Source: Lentisphaeria bacterium
GTDB taxonomy: Bacteria > Verrucomicrobiota > Lentisphaeria > JABSQK01 > JAWLHB01
Direction of reading: 5' to 3'
Assembly (NCBI GenBank): GCA_041690595.1
Contig: JAWLHB010000030.1
Coordinates: forward strand, 1-64,000
Length of the DNA stretch: 64,000 bases
The first letter of the stretch is position 1. The number at the start of each line of letters is the position of its first letter. The notes beneath the pieces were generated by a model that ran no database searches, was not told the DNA's origin, and was given only the letters and a program-made list of their open reading frames with translations. Made by a program: the position numbers and the translations under genes. Positions 1-8,426 of this stretch are shown piece after piece.

Positions 1-1
1 C

Positions 2-220
2 GCGAGTATGGGTGCGTTGGGGGCGACATTTCGACCGAGGTTTTTGGGAGTGGGCGAGCGCAGGAGGGTGCCACTCAGGCGAGTGGCGTGCCCGGGATTG
101 CGGGCGAGCGTTGGTGGAGGGCCGGGCGTTGGATGGTGGGCGAAGCGAGTAAGGGTGCGTTGGGGGCGACCTTTCGACCGAGGTTTCGACCGAGGTTTTT
201 GGGCGAAGCGCAGGAGGGTG
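2..220. repeat. Two degenerate ~70-76 bp direct repeats (2-70 and 145-220), G-rich and non-coding
   Basis: gcgagta(t/a)gggtgcgttgggggcgac(a/c)tttcgaccgaggttt...gcgcaggagggtg occurs at 2 and 145. Copy 2 has an internal 12-bp duplication tttcgaccgagg (172-195). Confidence 0.8.
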
Positions 221-328
221 AGAAGGGCCCAAGTCGCGAGTTGGTTGGAATGGACGTGGACAGGGGTGTACGATAGGGTAGTGATGAAGAACCTTGAATG
301 GCGGCGCAACTCTGAGAACAGGTGAGCG

Positions 329-2812
329 ATGAGCGAGATAGTGCAGGATTATCCGGTCGAGCATGCAGGGAGAAGGCTGCTGGAGCATCCGGACTTGAAG
401 CGGCAGATCCATGGACAGACGGCGGTACGGTATCTGCGTTTTCTGGCGCCGGCAAGGATCGACTTTCTCGAGCTGCCGATTGTCGGCGTGGCGGCGCGTT
501 CTGGCCGATGGGTACCGGGGGTGCCGACGCATCCGGCGCATCTGCTGATTTCGGTTCTGGATCGGGGTTCGACCTGCTGGCGACTGGTAAAGGAGGTCGA
601 CTTGCCCTTCAATCCCCGGATTGCCGGCGAGGGGTTGAGCCAGGGCATGACCGTGGAGGAGATGGAGGAGCACTTCAGGAAGGTGGTGGAGGAGGAGACG
701 CCGCATCGCATCGACCTTGGCGGGATCGAAGCGTCCTGCCTGAAAGTGGAGTGCGATCGGGAACACCCGGTCTGGCCGAATCACGGCGAATGCAACGGCG
801 GCCCCTTCAACGTGCCCTTTGGTATCTTGGGGAACCTGCGCGCCTTTGGCGAGCTGCTGGATGCCGTCGGCGAGGCGATGTACCGGCGCAAGTTGACCCG
901 GGGCACCTTCCATCCGGCTGCTCCCGAAGGGATGACGCTGAATACCAGCAATCCCTGTGAGGTCGTCTTTCGGAGCAAGACGCTGGTAGTGGGTTTCTCG
1001 CTGGTGCGACCGATGCTGACACGGCTGTCATGGGATCATGCCGGCGAGGGTGAAAGCCCCGAGAATCGCTTGTGCTTCAAAGGGGTGCCGACCAGCCTTG
1101 GCGGCTTGAACGGCCCCTCCTTCATCACGCCGGAAGGCAATGTCGTGGCGCAGAACATGGGCGGCACCGTGACGGTGGAAGGGAACCGGGTGAGTTATCG
1201 CGGGATAGACGGTGGGGGGATCGTCATCGACGCGATCTTCACGGTGATCGCCGACTCGATCACTCTGGAGCTTGTGCAGGCGGTCGAGAAGGACGTAATC
1301 GTGCTGGAGGGAGAGGCCTGGCGATTGCTCTGGAACATGCGGTCGGGTCTGACGGGAGTGGCGGGAGTTCCGGATGAACGGGAAGGACGCAATGGTTGGG
1401 TGAAGCTGCCGGCGCTGATCGCCGCGGATGCAGGCGGATGCCTGGCGGTTGAACTGGTGGAGGGCGAGGCGGCCTTCCATACGGAGAGCTACCGCGCCTC
1501 CGAAGCACGGTCGACCGCCTTCGTGCTGGGCAGACGGGAGAGCGCGCAAGCTCCGCAGCTCCTGCCGAAGGGGGTAACCCGAGCAACCTTCCGGCTGCAT
1601 CCGACTAGCCTGCTGCCGGTCGCGGCAGCTCGAGAGGCGAGCCTTTCGCCTGGGCTGCGACGGTGCTGGACGGCTGGCTTTTCGGCCTTCCGCCCGGAGT
1701 TCGGGGGCTTCTCGAATAACGCCATTTCGACCAATTGCCATGTAAACCAGCACACCGCGATCGATTTTGCGGCCTTCACGGCGCGGCCGGAGATCGGGCC
1801 GGCGCCTTTGGATCTGGTCAAGTATTCCGTGGGGCGGGCGCTTCTGGATGGAGGTGGCTACGGGTATCACCGCTGCCTGTACATGGATTCGGATCCGATT
1901 CTACTCTCCGGCGCGGGACGCATTCATCAACTTGGCGGCGGGATGACGTGGCTCGAGCGGGTGAAGCCGGGTGTCATCGGCGCGGCGCGGCGGGTACTCG
2001 GGAGCTTCGACGGGGAAGAGGGGATGATAGTCTGTCGGGCGCTGTCGGGTAATTCGGGCAGCTACCGGTGGAGTTCCAATGCGATGGACGTAATCGGCTT
2101 CGGGCACATCGATGCCTATGTGAATGCGTGGTCGTACCGCGGCTTGAAGAATGCGGCCAGCCTCTGCGCGATCCTTGGGGAGGCGGGATTGGGAGCGGAA
2201 TGCGCGGAGGTCGCGGCGGCATTGAGGGCAAACTACGCGCGCCAGTTGGTCAACCCGGCTACCGGCTGGGTCTCCGGCTGGCGGAGCCGCGATGGGGTTC
2301 TGCATGACTACGGCTTCCTCTGGATCAACGGGGTGGCGTGTGCCTTCGGGGTCATGGAGGATGATCGCACACACGAAGTCCTGGGGCGGCTGGAAGAGGC
2401 ACGAAGAGAGCTGTTTCCAGAGTCCGGCTATCTGGGGTTGCCGCTGAACCTGCTGCCGATCGCGGCAGCAGACCACATGCTTGGAAAGATGCGTGGGAGG
2501 CTCATGCCCACCTACGAAAACTATACCGACGGAGCTCTCTCACCCTGCTTCACCTGCTACTATCTGCGGGCGCTTTCGGCACATGGTCATAAAGCGGCCG
2601 CCGCCGCGTTGACCGGCGAATTGGGACGCGGCTTCGCGGATGGCATCTTCCACGGCCCCTACGGGACCGGCAAGGAGTTCACCACGTGGACAGGGGCAGA
2701 CTCCGGTTACGAAGGAACCTTCGGACCCAACTCCGGCCCTCTTTACGCCATCGCGGTGGAAGAGGGCGCGATCATCCCGCCCGACCCCGAATGGTGGTTC
2801 GCCGCGACCTGA
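329..2812 (+). CDS. Hypothetical protein with a probable C-terminal six-hairpin (alpha/alpha)6 glycosidase-like domain
   Basis: 827-aa ORF with typical codon usage. The C-terminal segment DAYVNAWSYRGLKNAA...LVNPATGWVSGW...NGVACAFG resembles six-hairpin GH helices. Confidence 0.55.
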   Translation: MSEIVQDYPVEHAGRRLLEHPDLKRQIHGQTAVRYLRFLAPARIDFLELPIVGVAARSGRWVPGVPTHPAHLLISVLDRGSTCWRLVKEVDLPFNPRIAGEGLSQGMTVEEMEEHFRKVVEEETPHRIDLGGIEASCLKVECDREHPVWPNHGECNGGPFNVPFGILGNLRAFGELLDAVGEAMYRRKLTRGTFHPAAPEGMTLNTSNPCEVVFRSKTLVVGFSLVRPMLTRLSWDHAGEGESPENRLCFKGVPTSLGGLNGPSFITPEGNVVAQNMGGTVTVEGNRVSYRGIDGGGIVIDAIFTVIADSITLELVQAVEKDVIVLEGEAWRLLWNMRSGLTGVAGVPDEREGRNGWVKLPALIAADAGGCLAVELVEGEAAFHTESYRASEARSTAFVLGRRESAQAPQLLPKGVTRATFRLHPTSLLPVAAAREASLSPGLRRCWTAGFSAFRPEFGGFSNNAISTNCHVNQHTAIDFAAFTARPEIGPAPLDLVKYSVGRALLDGGGYGYHRCLYMDSDPILLSGAGRIHQLGGGMTWLERVKPGVIGAARRVLGSFDGEEGMIVCRALSGNSGSYRWSSNAMDVIGFGHIDAYVNAWSYRGLKNAASLCAILGEAGLGAECAEVAAALRANYARQLVNPATGWVSGWRSRDGVLHDYGFLWINGVACAFGVMEDDRTHEVLGRLEEARRELFPESGYLGLPLNLLPIAAADHMLGKMRGRLMPTYENYTDGALSPCFTCYYLRALSAHGHKAAAAALTGELGRGFADGIFHGPYGTGKEFTTWTGADSGYEGTFGPNSGPLYAIAVEEGAIIPPDPEWWFAAT

Positions 2813-2915
2813 CGGGAAGGCGCACGCTGGATGAGCCAGGTGCAGCGCAATGGTTCGTAATAGATGTGCGGGCAGTTGAAAAAGGAAGGGTGAAGGCACA
2901 TACTACCTGTATGCA

Positions 2916-3929
2916 ATGGGAACCCACATGCCTGGCTTAACGCTAATCGACCAGATCATCTACCTGCTGGAAGAACAGTCTGCCCTGGGGGTAAAGGTCG
3001 CGGAAGTTTCGCAGGAAAGCCGTGACTTTCTGGCTGCTTGCGCGACGTCATCTGCTTCGGGAGGCGCCAGTCGGTCATCATCGCGGGGGGCTGCCCTGGC
3101 GGATCGCTACGGCCCGCCGCGGGAAGGTCAGCCCATGCCGCCGCCCCGGCCGCAGCCGACCGCTTCCCCATCCTCACTTCAATCGCAAGGGTATCAGCCG
3201 CCGGCGGAACGGCCCCGGCCGACAGTTCCCCCATCCTCGCCTCAGTCGCAAGGTTATCAGCCGCCGGCGGAACGGCCCCGGCGGGAAGATGAACCGGCCG
3301 CACCGGCTCCCATGGAGTCGACCGCACCAGCGGCACTGGATCTGGGCAGTCTGGATCTGGCTGGTGTCGCCGAGGTGATCGCGGGCTGTACGCGCTGCCC
3401 CTTGTGCAGCGGTCGGCACTCGACGGTCCCCGGAGAGGGGAATCCCACCGCGGCGTTGATGTTCATCGGTGAAGGACCCGGCTTTGAGGAGGATCAACAG
3501 GGGCGGCCCTTTGTGGGACCGGCGGGGGCCAAGCTGGACGACATCATCCACGCCATGCAGTTCGAACGGAGCGAGGTCTATATCGCCAACATCGTGAAGT
3601 GTCGTCCGCCGCGGAACCGGGTGCCGGAAGACGCGGAAGCTGCAGCGTGTCTGCCCTTCCTGGAGCGGCAGATCGAGCTGGTTCAGCCGAAGGTGATCGT
3701 GACGCTGGGGGCGACACCGCTGAAGTACCTGTTGGCGATCAGCGGCATTCGTCGGATGCGCGGTAAATGGCTGGAGTACCGCGGCATACCGGTGATGCCA
3801 ACTTACCATCCATCCTACCTGCTGCGCCTTCCTGAGGCGAAGCGCGAGGTGTGGGATGATATGCAGAAGGTGATGGCGCGCTTTGGCAAGGATCCCACGA
3901 GGAGCAGCCGGCGCCGCACCCGCCCATGA
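2916..3929 (+). CDS. Uracil-DNA glycosylase family 4 with a Pro/Ser-rich N-terminal extension
   Basis: CTRCPLC Fe-S motif, FIGEGPGFEED, GRPFVGPAG, NIVKCRPPRNR, TYHPSYLLR. Start may be 2928. Confidence 0.92.
   Translation: MGTHMPGLTLIDQIIYLLEEQSALGVKVAEVSQESRDFLAACATSSASGGASRSSSRGAALADRYGPPREGQPMPPPRPQPTASPSSLQSQGYQPPAERPRPTVPPSSPQSQGYQPPAERPRREDEPAAPAPMESTAPAALDLGSLDLAGVAEVIAGCTRCPLCSGRHSTVPGEGNPTAALMFIGEGPGFEEDQQGRPFVGPAGAKLDDIIHAMQFERSEVYIANIVKCRPPRNRVPEDAEAAACLPFLERQIELVQPKVIVTLGATPLKYLLAISGIRRMRGKWLEYRGIPVMPTYHPSYLLRLPEAKREVWDDMQKVMARFGKDPTRSSRRRTRP
3156..3281 (+). repeat. In-frame 63-bp tandem duplication within the UDG N-terminal linker
   Basis: PTASPSSLQSQGYQPPAERPR / PTVPPSSPQSQGYQPPAERPR; units start at 3156 and 3219. 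Confidence 0.9.
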
Positions 3930-5230
3930 ACTTGCTAATCCTGCTTCTGTACATCGTACCGTTGCTCGCGTTGATAGCCGCCTCCGCCTTCTTTTCGGGC
4001 TCGGAAACCGCCCTCTTTTCCCTGGGCGATGCAACGCTGAACCGCTGGCGCAAGTCGGGCACCCGGCTGCAGAAGCTGGCTGCACGCCTGATGACGGACC
4101 ATCATGGGACCCTGATCGCGATCCTTCTTGGCAATAACTTCGTCAATATTCTGCTGGCCATGGCCTCCAGTCGACTGACGGACAAGTGGCTGGGAGCCTC
4201 GTTTGGGCCGGTTGTGGCCGGTTTGGTGGTGACGGCGTTGATCCTGGTCTTCGGTGAGGTGACGCCAAAGACGATCGCCTATAACCTGGCGCCCACCCTG
4301 GCGCCGCGCATCGCGACTCCGATCCACTGGTGTCGGGAGATCTTTGTCCGAATGCGGCTGATCAGCATGCTGCGCTTCATGTCGAACTATCTGTTGCGGC
4401 ACCTGAGCAAGCAGAAGGGCCCCCCCGCGGTATCGGCGGAGGAGTACGAGACGTTCGTGCGAATCGGGCGCGATCTGGGTGTTTTCGGGAAAGATGAGGC
4501 GGACATGCTGGAGCATGTTCTGCGGCTGCGGGAGATCGCGGCAAGCCAGGCCATGCGGCCGCGGGTAGACGTGAAGACAGTGGAGATTGGGCTCGACGAG
4601 TTCGAGCTGCTGGCGCAGGTGCGAGCCCAGCGGCACCGCCTGTTGCCGGTTGTCGATGGCGACTTGGACAAGGTGGTGGGGGTGCTGCAGGTAAAGGCTT
4701 TCATGCTTGGCTCGGCAGCCGTACGCTCGGATTGGCGGCAGACGTGCATGCGGGACCCGCTCTTTATCCCTGAACTGAGCCCGCTGACCAAGGTGCTGGA
4801 GTTGATGCGGCAGACCCAAAGGCGGATGTCGTTTGTAGTCGACGAGTATGGCGGAGTCGAAGGCATCCTGACGCTGGAGGACATTTTTGAGGAGATCGTC
4901 GGTGAGATGGAGGACGAGTTCGACAAGCCGGAGTGGCACCTCACGAAGCTTGGCGAGCGACACTGGCAACTGAGCGGCATGCTGCCCGTGCATCAGCTCG
5001 ACCACGATCTGCCCATCGACCTGCCGGAGACCATTGCGGATACGGTCAGCGGCCTGATCATTCAGCAACTGGACGACCTGCCGGCTCCCGGTGACGTATG
5101 GGAGCATAATCATTGGCGTTTCAAGGTGCGCCACGTGCATCGCCATCGCATTCTGGACCTCGACCTCTTCGACTTGCGTCCCGAGGACGGCACGTCGGCA
5201 GACGATGCGGCGCCGGAGGTGGAAGGATGA
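3926..5230 (+). CDS. Hemolysin-family / CNNM (DUF21)-CBS-CorC_HlyC transporter
   Basis: SAFFSGSETALFSL, ILLGNNFVNI, FGEVTPKTIA, VVDEYGGVEGILTLEDIFEEIVGE, plus a C-terminal CorC_HlyC-like domain. Confidence 0.92.
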   Translation: MNLLILLLYIVPLLALIAASAFFSGSETALFSLGDATLNRWRKSGTRLQKLAARLMTDHHGTLIAILLGNNFVNILLAMASSRLTDKWLGASFGPVVAGLVVTALILVFGEVTPKTIAYNLAPTLAPRIATPIHWCREIFVRMRLISMLRFMSNYLLRHLSKQKGPPAVSAEEYETFVRIGRDLGVFGKDEADMLEHVLRLREIAASQAMRPRVDVKTVEIGLDEFELLAQVRAQRHRLLPVVDGDLDKVVGVLQVKAFMLGSAAVRSDWRQTCMRDPLFIPELSPLTKVLELMRQTQRRMSFVVDEYGGVEGILTLEDIFEEIVGEMEDEFDKPEWHLTKLGERHWQLSGMLPVHQLDHDLPIDLPETIADTVSGLIIQQLDDLPAPGDVWEHNHWRFKVRHVHRHRILDLDLFDLRPEDGTSADDAAPEVEG

Positions 5231-6243
5231 CCTTCCTGCTCATCACGCTCGCCTGTCTGGTGGGATCGGCGATCTTCAGCGGCTTCGAGAACGGCATCCT
5301 TGCGGTACGTCGCGCGCGGCTGGATCACGCCTTGGCGCAAGGCTCCAGAACCGCGCGTTTGATCGACCATTTTCTGCGCCATCCGGCGGCGCTGCTGGGG
5401 ACAATCCTGCTGGGGAACAACCTCTGCAACAGCTTCGCCGCGGTCTATTACGATGAGTGGTTGAAGGGGGTGTTCGGTCCATGGATGATGACGAGCACGC
5501 GGATGACGCTGCTGATCTCGCTGGGAGGATCGGCGCTCTTGACGGTGGTGCTGCTGGTCTGCAGCGAGATCACGCCAAAGGTATGGTTTCGCCAGGCGCC
5601 CCTGGCGAGGGTGAGCCTGGTGGTGATCCCCATCCATCTCTTTCACCTGCTCAGCTGGCCCTTCGTGCGCCTGCTGGCCTTCGTCAGCAACCTGATCAAT
5701 CGCATCTTCACGGACACGAATAAGAAGTCGACGATCGACATCGCGCTGATTCGGGAGGATTTTCGGATGATGCTGCTGGAGAGCGAGGAAGCCGGAGTTC
5801 TGGATCGGGAAGTGCGAAGCCTGCTGGACAATTCCCTGGACTACCACCGCAACCATGTGCGGAGGGTGATGAGGCCGGCGTCGGAGGTCGAGGCGCTCCC
5901 TGCCGACTTTACCCTCGCCAGAGCCTTGGCAAAGGCGCGGGAGAGCGGCAGTTCGCGTTTCCCGGTGGCGGACCCCGCGGATCCAACGCGGTGGATCGGT
6001 ATCTTTTCCGTCTACGACGCGATCTATTCGGTCGCGGATACAGCCTGGGAGACGGAACGCGTGTTGGACTATCTGCGACCGATCGTGAGCATTCAGGAGA
6101 CCGACAGCATCAACCAGGTGTTGACGCGCTCGCGCAGCCACAAGAGCCCACTGCTCGTGGTGACCGACAGCACCGGCCAGCACATCGGTATCGTAACCGC
6201 CAATGACGTGGTCTTCCCCCTCTTTGGAGAGTTGAATGCCTAG
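5227..6243 (+). CDS. Second CNNM (DUF21)-CBS protein, lacking the CorC_HlyC tail
   Basis: SAIFSGFENG, TILLGNNLCN, SEITPKVWF and a CBS pair. ATGA overlap with the upstream gene. Confidence 0.88.
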   Translation: MTFLLITLACLVGSAIFSGFENGILAVRRARLDHALAQGSRTARLIDHFLRHPAALLGTILLGNNLCNSFAAVYYDEWLKGVFGPWMMTSTRMTLLISLGGSALLTVVLLVCSEITPKVWFRQAPLARVSLVVIPIHLFHLLSWPFVRLLAFVSNLINRIFTDTNKKSTIDIALIREDFRMMLLESEEAGVLDREVRSLLDNSLDYHRNHVRRVMRPASEVEALPADFTLARALAKARESGSSRFPVADPADPTRWIGIFSVYDAIYSVADTAWETERVLDYLRPIVSIQETDSINQVLTRSRSHKSPLLVVTDSTGQHIGIVTANDVVFPLFGELNA

Positions 6244-6408
6244 CCCTGGCGGGAGACGGCGCATGGTGAGGATGACGGGCGAAGCGCTGCACCCAGTCCC
6301 GTGGATCGCGACTTCCGGCCAGCTTGAAATGGCATCGGGCAGACTTATGGTAATGGCCCTTCTCACCCGTCGCATCATGCCCCGCTCTCAGGCGGAAGAG
6401 GCTGCTCC

Positions 6409-6918
6409 GTGATCATGAAAATTCTCATCATGCGGCACGCGGAATCGCTGTCGAGGACGGCAGCGCGCGCCAAGTTCGACGCGGATCGCCCGCTCTCGAT
6501 GGTGGGACGCGACCAGGCACGGCGGGTGGGGCGTGCCTTGACGGCCATCGACTGCCTGCCGACGCCAATCATCTGCAGTCCATTCGTGCGGACGCAGGAG
6601 ACAGCGGCCATCATCAATGACGAGCTGCCGGAACCCGTTCCCCTGCTGCCGCTGACCATTCTTGCTCCCGGCAGCGGTACCGATGAATTGCTGCGGGCAG
6701 CGCTCAATCATGCACAACCGACGACCCACTGGGTATTGGCGGTGCTGCATGAACCCGACGTCAGCTTGATCCTCGGCTCATGGCTGTATGGCGGCGAGGC
6801 CTATCCATTCGATGTCAGCGAGGGGGATCTTTTTGCGGTACGTGTACGGATCCGCCAGGGCAAGAGCGCCGGAGAACTGGCCTTCCTCTATTCACCAGCC
6901 ATCCTCAACCTCGCCTGA
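6409..6918 (+). CDS. sixA: SixA-like phosphohistidine phosphatase (histidine phosphatase superfamily)
   Basis: ILIMRHA, DADRPLS..GR.QA, CSPFVRTQETA, LHEPD. Confidence 0.8.
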   Translation: MIMKILIMRHAESLSRTAARAKFDADRPLSMVGRDQARRVGRALTAIDCLPTPIICSPFVRTQETAAIINDELPEPVPLLPLTILAPGSGTDELLRAALNHAQPTTHWVLAVLHEPDVSLILGSWLYGGEAYPFDVSEGDLFAVRVRIRQGKSAGELAFLYSPAILNLA

Positions 6919-6920
6919 CC

Positions 6921-7439
6921 ATGAAGCGACCGCTTCGATACTATTATCTCAAACTGGTGCGGCAGACGGGGACGCCGGACAACATTGCCGGCGGCATGGC
7001 TCTGGGCATCTTCATTTCGCTGACGGTTCCCCCCTTCGTGCAGATGGTGACGGCGATCATCCTGGCCTTCCTGCTGGGGCTGAACCGGATCACCGCGATC
7101 ATCGGCTGCATGTTCACCAATCCGTTAACCTGGCCTTTCATCCTGGCCGCGCAATTCTTCGCCGGCATGCTGATCACGGGCACACCGATGCCGGAGCATG
7201 TGCCGGGAACGTATGAAGATGTATGGCTCTACCTGACCAACTTCAGAGCGAGCTGGCCGCTGATCAAGGCCTTTCTGGTGGGAGCCGTGGCCACCGGCGT
7301 GGTGGCGGCGATCATCGGCTACTACCTGACGAGAGTGGCCGTGACGACTTTTCGCAATCGCCGTCAGCGCCAACTTCGCAAGCGTTACCCGGAAACAGCC
7401 TCGGACGGCAGTTCCGTCTTCCCTCCGGATGGGCCATGA
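6921..7439 (+). CDS. DUF2062 family membrane protein
   Basis: TPDNIAGGMALGIFI..., FTNPLTWPFI and hydrophobic helices. Confidence 0.85.
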   Translation: MKRPLRYYYLKLVRQTGTPDNIAGGMALGIFISLTVPPFVQMVTAIILAFLLGLNRITAIIGCMFTNPLTWPFILAAQFFAGMLITGTPMPEHVPGTYEDVWLYLTNFRASWPLIKAFLVGAVATGVVAAIIGYYLTRVAVTTFRNRRQRQLRKRYPETASDGSSVFPPDGP

Positions 7440-7487
7440 GAAAAAGATCGGGCTCGACGCAAGCCAAACCGCTGCTACATTAGCCAT

Positions 7488-8297
7488 ATGCATCCCAAGC
7501 TGAAGAAAATCAAAGGGTTTTATCGATACATTCCGACTTCGCTGACCCTGGGCAACTCGCTGCTTGGGTTCAGCGCGATACTCAATACCTTGCAGGTCTA
7601 TGTACCCGATCGAGGCGTTGACATCCCGCACGTTCTTGCCATAAGCGCCTGGATGATCATCTGTGCCATGATCTTCGACATGCTGGACGGCTGGGCGGCT
7701 CGCCTGCTCAATGCGCACTCGGAGCACGGCATGCAGATGGATTCGCTGGCGGACATGTGCACCTTCGGGGTGGCACCGGCGGTGCTGGTGGCGGTCATGG
7801 CGCACACCTACGAACTGCAGGTGCTGGACTATCGGTGGGTTTGGCTCTTCACTGCCATCTACCTTGGCTGCGTGGCACTGCGCCTGGCCCTCTACAATGT
7901 GATGGCAATGCGCGGCACGGAGGAGAGCTCTCACGCCTTCCATGGCCTGCCTTCGCCTGGTGGCGCGGCGGCTGTCTGCAGCGTGGTGATCCTGCACAGC
8001 ATACCGCATTATGAGTCAAAGCTGATCGCGCAGTTGCTGCCCTTCTATGCAGCCATCCTGGGATTCCTCATGGTGAGCCCGATACCGTACATGCACGTCG
8101 GCCACTGGCTGGGAAGCAAACGGCGCAACATGTTCAAGATCCTGGCCGTCATCATCTTCTTCGGGCTGTTCAGCCTCTTCGGCCATCTGGTGGCCGCGGT
8201 GGTGATCAACCTGTACGTACTGAGCGGACCGGTGGCGGTGGTCTACAAATGGCTGCGCTCGAAGGGAGAAGCGGAGGAAGAGCCGGACCTCTGCTGA
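7488..8297 (+). CDS. pssA: CDP-diacylglycerol--serine O-phosphatidyltransferase
   Basis: IPTSLTLGN; CDP-alcohol phosphotransferase motif DMLDGWAAR...G.QMDSLAD..TFGVAPA; LRLA.YN; FHGLPSP. Confidence 0.85.
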   Translation: MHPKLKKIKGFYRYIPTSLTLGNSLLGFSAILNTLQVYVPDRGVDIPHVLAISAWMIICAMIFDMLDGWAARLLNAHSEHGMQMDSLADMCTFGVAPAVLVAVMAHTYELQVLDYRWVWLFTAIYLGCVALRLALYNVMAMRGTEESSHAFHGLPSPGGAAAVCSVVILHSIPHYESKLIAQLLPFYAAILGFLMVSPIPYMHVGHWLGSKRRNMFKILAVIIFFGLFSLFGHLVAAVVINLYVLSGPVAVVYKWLRSKGEAEEEPDLC

Positions 8298-8426
8298 AAA
8301 TGTTCAGGGATATTTGTATAGTGAAGGATTTTCAGATATAATCGGCTCTGCGCACGTTTCATATTGTCGCGAAGCAGCGATGGGCTTATCCTTTCGCGGG
8401 GCGAACCAAGACGAGGAGATAGAACG

